A DNA stretch of 64,000 bases from Phoronis australis. Taxonomy: Eukaryota; Animalia; Phoronida. The position numbers and the translations under genes were made by a program. Location: the NCBI GenBank assembly GCA_002633005.1, contig NMRA01000953.1, positions 1 through 64,000 on the forward strand, written 5' to 3'. This document shows positions 15,201 through 30,200 of the stretch, in pieces (positions within the stretch are counted from its first letter, which is position 1; every line of letters starts with the position of its first letter). The notes beneath the pieces are model-generated. The model did not search any database and was not told the DNA's origin. It saw only the letters and a program-made list of their open reading frames with translations.

Positions 15201-18200
15201 ATGTAGCTTGGCTTCACATTATTAGTAAGGTGTACTTTAAATTCGAACGTGAAAGTATAGCCGATGTACACTGGTTGGAAGTTGCTGAAAAAGTCTTGTT
15301 GGTTGCCGCACTGGTTGCTCATCCCAGTGGGTGTCTTGGAGTCGACGTATTCACCTTGTTGGCTCACAGCTCTTGTGAAGCATGAGTGAAGAGTAGGCTT
15401 CAACGTTAAAACTGGAAGACAGGAACAAAAGTAAAGTAGCCTTGTGCAGTCACGCACTTTTTACTGCTTTCACTTTTCCACACAGCAGAAAGCACAAACC
15501 ACCGCCATTGTTTTATACAATCGATACACACAGTATTTTAAATTTCTTTCTATGAAAACATGGGTTTATTGGAAATAAATAAAGCATATAAGTTTGCATT
15601 TGTAGTGATTTCCTTGTGTTCACTGTGTGTTTATTCGCAAAATGAATTTTAATATGATACAATTAAATCCCATACATTCGCAATTTCTCGTGGAGTTGTC
15701 GCGGTAAAAGCCCTGGGCACACTGACAAGACGACAACAAGTTTTGGTCGCCGCACTTTCCCGGCCAGCACTGTGCATCCTTCAGCCAAGAACAAGTTGCT
15801 GGAAGTAAATACCACAGGTTCAAATCTCTTGCAGGCGTGTGAAATAAACAGACAACCTGAAAACTGCTGTTGTATCCGTGACACAATGTTCTTCAGAAAG
15901 CGTACATCCTTGTTTGAGGCTTTTGCAGTAATGAAGACAACTACGCTCGTTTCTTTTTTTCAAAAACATGTTCTGTATAGCGTTCATTTGCATAAAAAAC
16001 CTAAATCATTCATTTGTTTTCTTACAAAAAATGACGAAAAAACTTACCCAAACATTGACCATTTGATAAATAGTAGGCAGATCCTGCCGGGGACTGTAAA
16101 TCGCATTTGGTGCAGGCAGGACGATTTTCGAGGCACAGGTATGATGTACAATGAAGAGGCACGATGCATCCTATAACAAGCCAGTTGTTAGCTATCAATC
16201 GTAGTTTTATACGTGTCAGAATATTATCTGTACAGGAATTCAGAAAAAATACAAACAATGTGCGCGATATGCGAACCCATTTGACGACTACGACGTATAC
16301 TGGCAAATGAAACAAGTCGACTTATCTCATTGCTGAAATCACGAATTCGTATTTCAAGTTGTCTGTCGTCGAGCCCCATGTTACTACCTTTAACAGAAAC
16401 TTCACACAATGTCAGTATTCCTGTCCCTTGGAGTTGTATAAACAAATAGCGACCGTAAACATGGGGATTGCAATGAACAGTATTAGTTGCGCCCTCGGAA
16501 AACCTTTCTCTATAACGGTTACACGTCTGATGCTCCGACGAAATGGAAGAATCGTTCCTTACATCAATGGTGAAGTCGTGTAAGCGGTCACCTACAAAAA
16601 TAAGAACAATGTGTGAAGCAGCTAAAAGTCTCCGGTAACGCATGAGAAAACGATAGCAGGACGAAACTAGCCAGAGACAGTTGATTTCTTTGCAGTGCTG
16701 TAGTGGTAAAATTAGAGGCTAATAGGCGCCCAATAACTACCGTATCCTCTTGGGGGCCAACACCACATAGACAGGAAGGCATGGGTCAGCGTGCACTTCA
16801 AACATTCTCTGAAGGGGGAGGGGAGCAAACACAATTTTAAAGGAAAATAGGAGCCTGTGGGTTGAGTCCTCGGGGCCCTTCGGTACCCTTTTATCCACCT
16901 GGCACCATACATATAGTTGCTACTTTATCTTAAGATACTAATCTAAATTTTCATTACTCGGCGAACATATGTTACTCCGTACGCTTCAAAGACTAACTAC
17001 ACAAACACGATATTACACAAGCACCGATGATTCAATCAGCTCCAAACACTATGTACCCGGCACAATGTACAATGGTCTCATATAAAATGCACGAACTTGC
17101 AATACATGTAGGGTTTTCTTGCAAGCATCTGTTTTTAGTTAATCTTAGTTAGTAAAACACCAAGTACTAGTGGCCCTTCTAAAAATAGAGTGCTTTATAT
17201 AATAGTTACAGAATCTTCCACAATTTTTTTGTCAGCAGTCTAGTTTTTTCCTAGATACCTGATCTGGACTGAGAACTACCCGGTATCAGTAGTTCCGTGT
17301 TGTCGAATCATACGTTTCGGCATAAGGTTGTGGATCGAACATCGAAAGCGGGTGGACTATTGACCTTGCAAATAACAGCGAGCTGGCTGTACAGTTTCTA
17401 CTAGCAAACAAGAGCGTTCGTCTATTACTATCTGATTCATTTCGCTGAATCCTCGTTCACATTCGGCTGTACTGCAAGGAAGAGTCTTAAGGGGTATAGT
17501 TGTCACACAGCACTTGTTAGGTTGTCCACTCTAACCGTCTCCTCAGTCAATTCCTCTGATTGACGTTGTGGCAACCATCTCAAAGAGATTGCAAAATCAA
17601 TACGACTGTCAAGTAAACCCCACTACATGTTAAACACTTTTTGAATAAATTGTCCAGGACTTACACTGTATGGTCGCACGTTGCTGAATATTCGGCAACG
17701 ATGATGACGTCAGTGTAGCAATGCATCGATACCGTGAGCTATTGTATCAGGACCCCAGTATACCGTCACGTACTGTGCGTAGGCGCTACGTTAAGGTGTA
17801 AAAACACGGTTGCCTGCCATACGCCAAACTACACTGTATAACGTAACTTACGGTGTGTAGGCGCTATGTTTATATACCAAAAGGTAGTTGTCTGTGCCTA
17901 CGTGCGCCTACGCCCATCTACACCACTTTGAAGAAGAGAACGAATATATTGAGACAACATACCACAGCAATCTCCTCTATTGGTTATGGTTACGTTGAAG
18001 ATCATGTAGGCAGTTTGTAGATCAACACGCCACCACGGTTTGTATTCCTCTGAGGTGTGAGTACACGAGCTGTCATAATACGTGGTGTACCGAAAGCCGT
18101 CAACAGCATTCGCTCCATCATCTCCACTTGATTGGTCAGTTGGCTTTTGGTATGTTATTCCGTTTGCTATATGGAAATAAATCGTAGGGACATTACAATC

Positions 18201-21200
18201 TCAGTACTTTTTATTAATCAGAGACATGCTTTGAACATTGTGGTGGTTTGTACAAACGCTCTTCTGACAGGCCAGGCTTTTGTGTGTTCATGAATCTTTT
18301 GGTGTTGTCGAAAGCACCACCAACCTACACTGTATCTCAGGTATGATCACCACTTCAGTACATTAATATTGAAAAAGGTACTGACATCAGATTCATACTA
18401 GTAAGCTAAAAACAAAGCACTTTTACGAGTTGTGTTTATTAATGGCTGGCACTACTTATCTACATGTACCTGAACGTAGGGTCTTTGTGTAACTCAGTAA
18501 TGGATCTTTACGACTATTGGCGCAGTTGCCATGGACCCTCATCAGGTAATGAAAGCCGTTAACATGTTGACTTATTGGGTGCTCAAATATACTATAGTAT
18601 ATTTAGATTTATAAAACGCGAACTGTGACCTTGATCTGAAGAGGATTAAGCATTAAATTCTCAAAGCATTGCCTTAGGACGATTTTATTATGAAATTTTA
18701 AGTATTGTATCTTCAATTTGTGTCCTTTTTATCAAGAAATAACCGCAAAAATCAAAAAATGTGAGACGCCATCTAAAAAAGTCCGGTCTTCACCACTGTG
18801 CTGTTCTACATGCACCAGCAGCGAGCCGCAGTGGTCTCGAAAACTGACTTTGACTAAGTATCATGAAGAGTTGCATGTGTGGAGGATCAGACAGTATTTC
18901 AGATTTTGAGTTTCCAAAAGAACCTAATAGATGCACCGATTCGTGAATCGGACGAGTGTATGGCAGTGTACAATGGATCAAGCGACCAGTTTAGGGGCCA
19001 CGCTGTGGCCAGCCCAGTTTGAAAAGTCGTGCTTTGATCTGTACCAGAAGCCACATTTTGTTGAGTTTCTCCATCGTGTAAGTGCATTTGGTGAAAAAAG
19101 TTGTATTACACTGTATGTGACACCATTGCTCAATGGGAACGTAGTTGTCAGACAGATATTGAGTATGAGCTTCAGCATCAAATTGTGACTAAGATAATGA
19201 ATGTGGTTGAAGTTTCCTTCAGTCTATTCTTGTTTATGATTTTGTGGGGACGCATGCTGTCCACAAAAAGCCAGGCAAATAGGTAGTCACGATCGCAGCC
19301 GGCACAACGGTGCTAAGTTTTCATAATTTTGTAACAGAACAGATAGAAACGAGAACCATTTCCCAGAAATGAAATCTAGTCAGCATCACTATAATTAGAT
19401 ATGGATGTTACTTATAAACGCACTCGGTATTCGAAGAAATGTTTTCAGTGAACTATACTCGCGACAGAGGTTTGACAGTCAGGGAAAAAACGTCAGTTAT
19501 GCTTACAGTTCAAGACGCATCTTATTCGTGATTAGAAAATAAAATCGTGATTTAGTAAAATTAGTGAAATCAGTACTGCCCCCCGACTGAGTAGGGACCG
19601 ACTCGGCTTCACTAGCCGAAGATGCCGGTGCGTGAGGGTCAACATCGTACGGCGTCAAACACACACAGTGTGGCGATATGGCGAGGTTTAACTCATTACC
19701 TGTTTCACCTATGACATGACTGTTGTCTTCACACACATCTTCATACATGTTTTCATAATACTCGTCAAGCTTGGCCTCAGTCTCCCTATCTTTAAAAGTC
19801 ACTACTATCCACCACTGCATGGACATACTGCCAACTGATCAACGTCTTGAATAGGTGACATCGAGTGTCGGGAATCAAAAAATCATTATTTTTTCTTTAA
19901 AACTCAAAATTCCTCAATTATTCCCCACAAGTGCTTGTTAGAGTCTACATGTATGTTACAGATTTATTTTACACCATTTAAAACCGTGAAAAGTGCAAAA
20001 CTCCATTGTAGGGATGCTTTTTAAAACGCAACTTAAAAAAGTCTTAGGGACCCCACTATACATGTAGGTTACAGGTAATTTACACGAAAACATCTCAGAC
20101 ACTTTCTTCTTTAAAAGAAAGCATTGGGTGTAGCCAGAGTAAAGACCTAAGTCAAGTCTTAAACAGTAAAATGTGCGGCGTGATTTTGACCAGCATAGTG
20201 CCAATGGTGACAAGAGAAATATCAAAGACGAACCAACTCGCGGTGTTCGAGATAAAAACGGAGTTTATCACTTTATCGTGGAACACATCAGTGTACAGAA
20301 ACATTTGGGTAGTTTATTTTCCAGCATTTGTATTTTTCCAGGATAGTGTCACTTTGATATTATCGTCTACCCTGTGCATCAAACTGCCTGAGAGAAAGGA
20401 TTCTAAACAACACGCAGGAATCCGTGAGTGCGGCCACAAGTGATGATGCTTTAGTTTGAACGGGAATAAGAAGGAAAATGTTCTTAATCGTCTTGTAACC
20501 TTAATTTCATGCGAGGCATGTATTCATTTAGCCTGTTCGTGTGGTTTCAGCAACCGTCAACCCAGAAGATTTTCTGTATTCATGAGGAAGTACACTAGAC
20601 ATTTCTAAACACCAGTATATTAAAATGCTTTTGCTCTTTTAATCAACAAGAAGTTTGGTTATATGCTTTGTTTTACATTGCTGGCCCTCCTAGCATTGGG
20701 AAACTGTCTGGAGCCAAGCACTGATCTCTTGGCATTGCTAAATTATACATTAAAACCTCGGCCCTTTTTTCGGTACATGTATCGTTCATTAACTCTGCTG
20801 GCCACGAGCACTGGTCCAAGTTCGTTTATGTGAAGCAGGGCAATTACTGCTTAAGTGACAACTTGGCAGAAAAACACTGTTCTTAAAAAATCCCAATAAT
20901 ATTCATATCGATTGCGGAATTTACATGTAGGTGATTGAAGCAATTAACGTAATAACTGGCCTCACTTACGGTACAGGCAAGTTGATGTTTCCAGCTGATT
21001 TAACTGTTGTTTTCGTTGGTCACCAGAAAAGGCTTCACAAGCTCCCATATCGACAATAGTTAAACATAATATTCAAATATTTTGCAGGCAGGTTCATACC
21101 TGGCGTAATGAATAGATTATCGTATTGGCACAGGCAGGCAAACTCTGCAACTTTACTCTGAGTACCTGTATTTAATGGGCCATTTATGTAATATGTAAAC

Positions 21201-24200
21201 TGGTAATAATATAACTGACGTGTATGGTAGTACATGTATGTGTGTATAGAATAATCAGTATCCAGTTACCCGTTCTATTGTTGTTTAAAGTGAATTTAGC
21301 CAGACGGGTCGAAGGAATGCTCCCCAGGAACGGTAAAGCCTCCCATGGAAGCCAGTTTCCCTATTGAAACTGGGGAACAGTAAACGTTTACCAAAATTTT
21401 TGGGTAAGTAAAACGTGCTAGGTCTCAGGTTGAGTCCGAGTCTGCGGCACACACAGCGTACGTGAAATTCATAAACTCCCTGGTACTGTAAGAAGCCTTG
21501 GGGTAACATAAAAAAGAAAGTCGTCTTGTTAACACGACAAGAACAATAGTCTACAGATCATCCTCAGTGGTCGTACATGTAGGGTTACAGTAGGCCTTAG
21601 ACCTTTCTACGCTTAGGGTTCTCCATTGTGTCGTATGATCAATTTCTCATTATTTTTTTATATTTTTGTGGGATCTGATGAAACATTAAATCACTGTGTA
21701 CCGTGGCGTTGCTACAGTAACTATAGCTTCACCCTATTTTCGCTTCGTTGGTGAATACGTGAACACTTTCTGAGATCGGTTGTAATAGTATGCCAAAGCT
21801 TTAAGTGATATTGAAATGTTTGGCTTCACAAATCCTCGGGAAAACTAGGTATGATAAAAATAGCTTATTTCAATAGTTTCTGTCAGTAAATGTACGTCTT
21901 TTGCATCTCAGCAGATTAAAGCATAAACATTCGACGTTCTATAGTGCTTGCGGGTGGATTTTTCCCAATAAAACATTTTTTGTGTACTCTGCACAGTGAA
22001 GCAATTCACGTGAAACACAGATTTGTAATGAGCTGATTATACAGCTTATTACATGGTGGAGTTGTTATGCCCCGTAATCTAGAGGCCAAAAGGAATTTGG
22101 AGAATTGTGTAATAATTCTACATAACCCCTAAGAGATCAAGATATCGACTGAGAACATGTAATATTCTATTTCTACCACATACCGAACGATAAACATTAC
22201 AATAAATCGATCTACTTTTCTCGAATCGCCGACCTTTGCTACTACTTTCTATATCAAACACTCGGAGTTGGAAATCGTGACCTTCTAAGAAACGCCGAGG
22301 TCATTCTTGTTAAAATATTGTTTTTACTCTAGATCAACTGAAAATTAAAGCAAAATAGAAATAAAGTGACTCTATAAAATAAGTTTTAGGCAACTAAAGT
22401 TCCACCCTGACAATTTCGTCTGCTAAAGTAAGTTACCACTGGTTACTGGGTATAATGTACAAGTCAAAGGATCCCGACGACATGTTACCCGCATTTAAAC
22501 TAAAGACCAATAATTTACAACTGAGAGAAAATGACAGCTTAACTTTACTGACTTAAAGATGTAGTTTTTATTGAAAGTGAGCCTCATATTTTTCACAGCG
22601 TATAAATGTCGGTACAATGTGGTTTGTTGAGCATGGGATTATTGCGCGTCATTATATAAGTATTCACTTTTGATGAAACTCTAGGAAGCGAGCTCGAGTT
22701 CGGCATCGGGTTCTCGCCGTATGCATATCACGAATCGAGACATAACGTTATACGAAATACTTTTCACACATACCCAAAGATCTCTTTTAATGTGTGTATT
22801 CGCCAAATCTGTCCGTCATGAGTGAGGCGGCGAGAAAATTCTGTGTTAAATTTCCTTTCACTTAATGAGAAAAATTCATACTAAATAATCTGTTTTAGTT
22901 GTTAACAATTTATTCATTTAAAATTTGTTAACAGCTTCACAGTGTAAGAGTGGAATTTTTTTCCGTGCTGGCGTAAGAATTTTGTTTACCATAGCAATAT
23001 ACCTTCCGTAGTACTCAATAGATGCCGGGCAGTCATAGTGTAAAGAGCATTAAAGTACTTTTTATGTGTTTGCATTGTACATGTACATGTACATTTTCAC
23101 CAGTTGTCAATTTTTATCAAAGTATATCAGCGTCTATTGATATAGTGTTTTGAGTTTTTCTTTCGTTTTTTGTTGCTCAGTATTTCGTTTTGCATTTGTT
23201 TAAAACACCAGCATAGAGTAGTGGGAGGTTGTGAAGATATGAATACCTCCAGTAGCACATGTACCGTGAGTGTTAATCAATCTTCCTAGATTTTAACGGG
23301 GAATGACAGCACGGTACTAATCAGCGTTACCAGCCCAAGAGATGATAAGGGTTATCAGTACCATTGCTGTTACGGAAAGGTAGTTCTTTCGTTTCATACC
23401 GATTGATAACTCCTTTATTACACGCCTGTGTCAACACGTATATGTGATTTGTTTAGCTATATTTCATGTTTTCATGTTGGCTCGTGCGAAATTTAGTTTT
23501 GTTGTGCTGAACTGGATATGAATGCATGTCACCTTCAAACTTTCTATAAATTGGTCACTTGGGATCCGTTTCCCAACCGGGTTAGTCGTCGACACGGCGC
23601 AAGTTCATGTAAAGGGAACCCTGTATGGTCTTAATCGTACAGCTTGCAGGGTTAATATCACTGATAATGAAATCTCTTGACATTACATTAGGCTACAACT
23701 ACCCAATCATTGCATTTAGCGGCCCGGTCACAATACACGTATTTATGTTTTGCTTAGGTCCATTACTATATGTATAAGTCGACGTTAGATGATAGAAATC
23801 GTGACATCGTTCCCTCCCGGCGACCCACTGCAGCGTGTGTCATATTATTCACTGAAAAGTCCATTGTAGGCCATGGAGAGTATAAAATTCGCGTCTCTAC
23901 TTGATCGTTTTAAAAACCCGTTGAACAAGTACTTGGTCTTAATGATATACCTGCAGATTGTTTGCCTAACCTAGGAAAGGAGCTTGCGCATGAGTTAAGA
24001 GGGTTCGACAATTGTAAACTATTTTTGATTTTTAAAACATATGTTTTTGTCACTGCCAACCACAAATTTAGGAGGTCACTGCATTAGTTTATTCTTTAGA
24101 ATGACCTAAATTAATCCGTCTTCTGGCAAAAATGTGAAATTTATATGGGTTAATGAAAAGTCACCTCTAATTGATATATCGACACAAGTCTTTTTCAAAG

Positions 24201-27200
24201 CAGATTAATTTTACTGCAGATTGTCATTTTTATGTTTTGAACACTTTAAGTTGGTACAAATAAACGCGTTTTTTGATGGAGAGTACCTAACGTTTTCACG
24301 TTTTAGCTTCTACAAAAACTTGCACCGATGATGTGCATCACATTTCTACAAAATCAGAAGAAAAAATAGGCGGTAGTCAACTTTTTGAGCTCTAATCGTC
24401 ACACACACGTCACGCATAATCTCAAAAACATAAAATAGTTTAATAATTTTTGACTTCTTTCTAAACAACGGGTATTTCAAAAGCTTTAATTTTTGCGGAT
24501 CTCGACTTTATATATCGACCGCCAGATTCATGAAATATGCCCTATCACTAAACTAAAAAGCTTTTTACCTCTTGAGCACAAAAACTTGATACTGAAATCC
24601 AAGCATGTTCTTCCAAGTTGATCGTTGTTTAAGCACAGCAGTCCTTCTGTTGGGGTACACTTATGTTTAAGTCTCATTCCTCCAGGTACAGGCGTATCTT
24701 GCGTAAATTCTTGACCGTCGGCACGGCATCTTGCTTTCGTTGGGGTTAAGCCTCTGCAAACATCTCCCTGTAAATTTTTATATTTTAGTTTCTGGCAACA
24801 AAGTGGATAACATCAGAAAATTCTTACTATTGTAATAAAAATATAGTACATTTCTCAACTTACTGGTGTGATGAGGATAAAACTTATGGGAATCCCTTCG
24901 AGGGTCGGGAATATTATCACTAGAAACAAAGAATTTTGAAAATTCAACATTTGTGGTGGTCGTTTTGACACCAACAACAGTCAAAGGCTCACCTTCGCGC
25001 AAATATAAAGAGAAATATTGGTATCAAAATGTTAAAGTAGTTTTGCCATCTAAGTCTACAACAGTGTGATCTGGGACATAGGTTGATCTAATAGTCACTA
25101 AATGTATTTATAATCACCGTGACACTAAACTAAATTTTGCTTCTCGATAAGTATGATTTCAACTGAAATATACAGATAAGTTCTCACTTATTGAACCAAA
25201 CTCAAAGATTAGTCCATTTCCATGTCAAGATGACACCAATATCACGGAAGATTAATATATTTACGAACTAAATTCTGGGATTTACTTCGTGTTTAACTGC
25301 TTTATTCCTCAAAACATCGCGATACACCAGAAACTGCAATACATGTACGTGTGTCTAAAATACTTGGACATTTGCCTCCATCCGTGCCCATCAGGGACTG
25401 CTCAGTGAAGCCTAACATGATTAGTCTTCAGTGACTGTAATAACTTACTAAATGATAAAGTTGTTCGGCATCTGCGTTGCCAGTTGGGTCATCTCTGTCA
25501 AACCAACCTGTCCAGAACTCTGAATAAAGCAAAATCAAGCTGTACGATATGTGTTATTAAAATTTATCTACGAATAACCTGTTGATCGATACCAGTAACA
25601 GGGCTCTCGTGTTTTTAGTTCAGGTGTTTTGTGCAGTGGGCCCAGCCATGAGGTCTGCGGACGTATGCACCGTGAATGACACCAGACCACTCGTTTTTGT
25701 TAAGATCTTTTGTGTTATCGGCGAGGAAAGTGCTTGCCTGTTTTAATTTTGTTTTCAAGTGATATACATTTACATGTATTGGAGAATACACAGAACACAT
25801 AAGGAAAATATTACAAACCCAGAAATTGCAAAGCATTATATCTGGACAATACACAGATGAAAGTACATTTAGTAAATATAGAACTACTGTACATGTATAA
25901 GCATGAAAGTAGTAAACGATGTAAGCATTCAAATATTCATAAAATTTTGCTATTACTAAATTATTACAAATGGAATCATGTACAGATATGAAAATGAAAA
26001 GCAACGAGATTTGTAAGCAATGGTTAAAAGTAAATCAAATCATTGTCGAAGTTTAGTATAACATTTGATAAATAAATGATAAAAATGTAACTTTAGTAGA
26101 GATAGCTTTACAAGAATTGAAAGCATTTACAAATAGTTGGTTTTTCATTGAGTGCACGAGAGAGTTTCTCGGGTATTCGATGAGGGGACATTTTAAAAAA
26201 ACATGAGGATAGAATTGATGGTCAATACATTTACAGTTTGAAGAGACATTACTGAAGTTGCAAAACTTGTCGGAGTCGAGGAAAATACGGCATCTCGATC
26301 GGCACATTGCTCTAACGTTTTCGTTGGGAAGCAAGGATTGAGTTGTCAAAATTATGAAAAACAGTTTTAACTGTTCACGCGATAAGCTGACACGAGTAAT
26401 CCGTGTTTTGAGCTGCTAAACAGACTGCATGTAAAACCAATTAGGTCACTGGATAATTTCAACACCTCCGTCTGCCGCCAGATGTCAGGTAACGCAACCG
26501 AACGTGCCGCTATCGAGTAGAACTACTCGATCTAAATTGACACAAAATGGGTTATTTTTGGGTGGCATTCTCCTTTAACTCATTCAAGGAATAAAGATAT
26601 AATTAAAACACTTGCATGAAAAAGAAACGTGAAAATTTGTCGTCGAATAAAATGCGATGCATCCAGATATGAAAGGTAAGCAAACCCATTTTTGGTGGTA
26701 GCGCCTTCCACTGTTCAAAGAAAAGATATCTCATAACCATGCTCAAGTGATTTGGTCGATAGAAAGCCAGACGTAATTTATGTACGTCGAATCCGTCCGA
26801 ATATAGAAATGTGCTATTGTCATGTAAATCGGTCAAGGAACTTCGGAGATAAGGAGATTCTGAAGTGAAATAGATAAGATAGCACTAGAGGCACAACTAC
26901 AAATACATTAAATTCGTCGGTAAGTCTTTGTCCTACAAATATACCATGGCGAGAAAAAGTCAAACGGCCACTACGAGGTAAAAGCTGTCCGAAAATCACT
27001 GTCAATTATGCTCCTCCCACAACAAACACGTATGCTATTTTTTATAATGGTCGTGATTCGTCGGATAAGGAGATGGAGAACAAAAGCAAATTTTTAAACT
27101 CTATCTGTTCACACAAAAATGCCTCTAGGAGGCACCTACCAGACTGAATGGAACAGTCCTCTTTCAAATAGAAACACACGTATCAATTTCAAAAACTATC

Positions 27201-30200
27201 CTTAGTGTAGTTAGGCCGATTGAGACACTGACTGAGTAAGCCAAAAACAAGTAAAAACGGCTAATAGGTGCGGCAGAATATGTCGAATGACTCGAAAACG
27301 AGATAAAGGCGTTGCCTTTTTACCAAACACCTGTTTCCAAATTTCATGAACATCCGTAAATTCGTAGATATATGTAATGATGGAAAACGTCTAAAATTGC
27401 CACTAGGCAAAACAGAGATAGCATGAACTTCGAGATACATCAAGAATTTTCCTGTAGTGGGCGCTGTTGTCCTACGGGGGTTCTGCGCGCCGTCTGTGAA
27501 CAACTTCTGTCGGGTCATCAGGTCGTATGCAAATGTGAATTCTCATGTAGTAATTGCGCAAAAATAAATTGCAAAAATACCCAATGTAAGTAATCAAACC
27601 TTACATTTTTCAGTTTCCAAGTGCAGGTGTCTTTCTAGAATTCATGGTATTGGTACATAGTCAAAATGCGTGTAATCTATGCTGTGTAGTGTTCTTTTAA
27701 GTAAGCCTATGACGGATTGCCAAGGAACAAACGCAATCCAAACGCATCAAACATTGAGCAGCCTGTGACGTAGCAAACGAAATAAGAGAGCACATGTTAA
27801 GATATGAAATTGTAGCATGAGAAAAATACAAAGTATCTCGTGGGGCGAATTGTTGTCAGGTCGGGCAATGAAAAATACCCTACCTGTATCATTTGAAGTT
27901 GCTTCAATATGAAATCAGTTTGAAATTCGAACTTGCTACCTCCGGCACTTCAATAGCTGGAGTTTTTGTTTTTGTATTTGTTTTTGTGTTTGTGTGTGCG
28001 AGCTTGAGCGCGAGTGCGTGTGAGTTCTTGTTTGTGTATGGGCGTGCGTGTTTGTACAGTATATGTGTGTATGTGTGTGCAAGGGCGCATGACATAAATC
28101 CGCGGACGCAACAAGAACGCCACTAGGAGGCGCTACAGTAGCCTGTGTCGCCCAAAAGTCACCGTCAGTGGTCCTCTTCCTTGTAGGAACATATCATCAT
28201 TGTTCAAAACCATTCTTAGTGCTGTTTGTCCGATGACAGATGTACGCAAACATTAAAAATGGCCACTAAGTTACGCACAGTACATCAAATCTTTGAGAAA
28301 ACGTGAAGGTGGAGTGGTTTCTTTAATAGAAAGGCCCTACATAGGTTACCAGTTTCGTGATGGTGCGTCAAGGCACTTTGAAGATACATAGACAGATATA
28401 AAAACTAGGGGCCGCACCGGTTTTTGGAGTCGTCCAAATCTTCGCTCATGTCGTCCCATTTACAGTGGAAAATTATCTGCAAAATTTCACGAACTTCCGG
28501 TACACAAGGAGTTTTGGAAAAAAAGCAGCGGACTCCAAGTGGACGAACAGATGAGCAGGCAGACGAAAAGACAGACGAACGGGAGTGACAGCATAATGCA
28601 TCTACATGTAGATAAGTGCATGCAATATAGAAGTATTGTACGAGCCACTTCCATGTTTCCATTTTTGAGCATCAAGTCACACTCTCATTACGTTGTAAAT
28701 TAATATGCGCAACTTTTAAATGGATCAACTGATTAAAGGATCAAGTCAATATTTTTTTTAATTTTTCAAAGCTAAATATTTGTTGTCCGCCGTACAAGCT
28801 TACCAATTGAGTAGACGGCAATCCTCTTGCTGGCCCCACACTTTTCATGACTGCCAGGCCTGCTGCATTTCATATTACACTCAGACTCCGAACGTCGCAT
28901 GTCCGGAAGCACATGGTTGCCACAAAAACATTCGTGCGCGTATTCAACACCGGCATAACTATAACCCTTTCTTGCGCAAGTGGCGATGCATTTACGAGGT
29001 GCGTTGTAATCATCATTCTGGTATGCCGTGTGTGGAAGCAATCGGTTCCCATCTCTTAGATCTTCGTAACAAGTCCATTGGCTGCTGGGGTTAAATGTAA
29101 TATAAATGTACTTGTAATATGACATACCATAATGAATATTCACTACTTCTTATTCCAAGAAATATAAATAAGGATATTATGATAACACAAACATAAAAAC
29201 ACTATTTAGTGGAGAGTGTAGCAACACAAACTTGTTGGCAATTAAAAGTCTGGAATCGCTCAACCAAACAAAATCAAGTGTTGTGCTAAAGGGTGCATGT
29301 TAGTTTGACTGTCCTATTGTATTGTTGCTGGTTTTAGGCCTGCATTGCAACTATTTTAAAGTGACATAGTTAGAAACGATGAAGCATTTATTGATTTATT
29401 AAAATTGAATCAAAATTACACGGATAAAACATCTCAGACAAGACCGCATCATTATTTTGCTTTTATTCTCGGAAATTGCCGGTTTGTCGCGTAAAGTCAC
29501 GATGTCAATAACGCCGTCCATCTTTAATTCATCGGTAATTTCCTTACCGTCCTTGACCTCGAACCGTCAAGGTGGGAAGTATGCTTGGGCTTTTTGGGAA
29601 CATTTTTTTGTGATCTGACTGCTAATTTCTTGCGAACTCGCTGGAGCAGGACACCGTGAATGGTATTGTAAGAAAGAACAATTTGTCATTGTTTGTTGAA
29701 CCACTAATTTGTGTAAAATTATTGAGTTATGTGTTTAATATGGAAGGTTGAATCACAGCGCCCGTGGAATTTCTAGTCCTGAGTGGCAAACCTTGTAGTA
29801 TTACATGTAGTGTATTGGTGACGATCAGAAGCTGAGGACGCCTGTGCTCCCTACGTCGCAGATTAGACATTATGGTTCTTAGTGGGTGGTCTTTTCCCAC
29901 AGTTGCCGTGTAATTTGTTAAAGGCGTAGGTCACGTTTTCCCGTTTAGAAGACTTTGAAAGTATATTTCATACTTTTTAGGGTTCTTAGTAGTTTCATAG
30001 GATTATTTTGTTTAAGAAGGCTTGATGGGAAAGTCATTTTTAGTATCTGGTAAAACATGGGCCAAATCCTGCTTTGGTATCCTTTTAAAATCAAACGTAA
30101 GCATATTAAGAATTTTTTAAAATACGATCAAAAAGCAATCCAACAGCTTGTATAACAAAGCCTTTTTCTCTTCTTAGCGCGCCTTTGTGTGGTGACGAAG

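Noticed and set aside
17757-17925. Short gtaggcgc(t)a repeats as a CRISPR-like or regulatory array
   Set aside because: Few, irregular and partly inverted copies in a eukaryotic intron; most likely a decayed MITE.
18718-19286. Cluster of short ORFs faintly reminiscent of a decayed protein kinase
   Set aside because: No intact HRD, DFG or APE motifs; the similarity is too weak to support by eye.
20480-20545. LISCEACIHLACSC PHD-finger-like fragment
   Set aside because: Wrong spacing, surrounded by stops, and no supporting exon structure.
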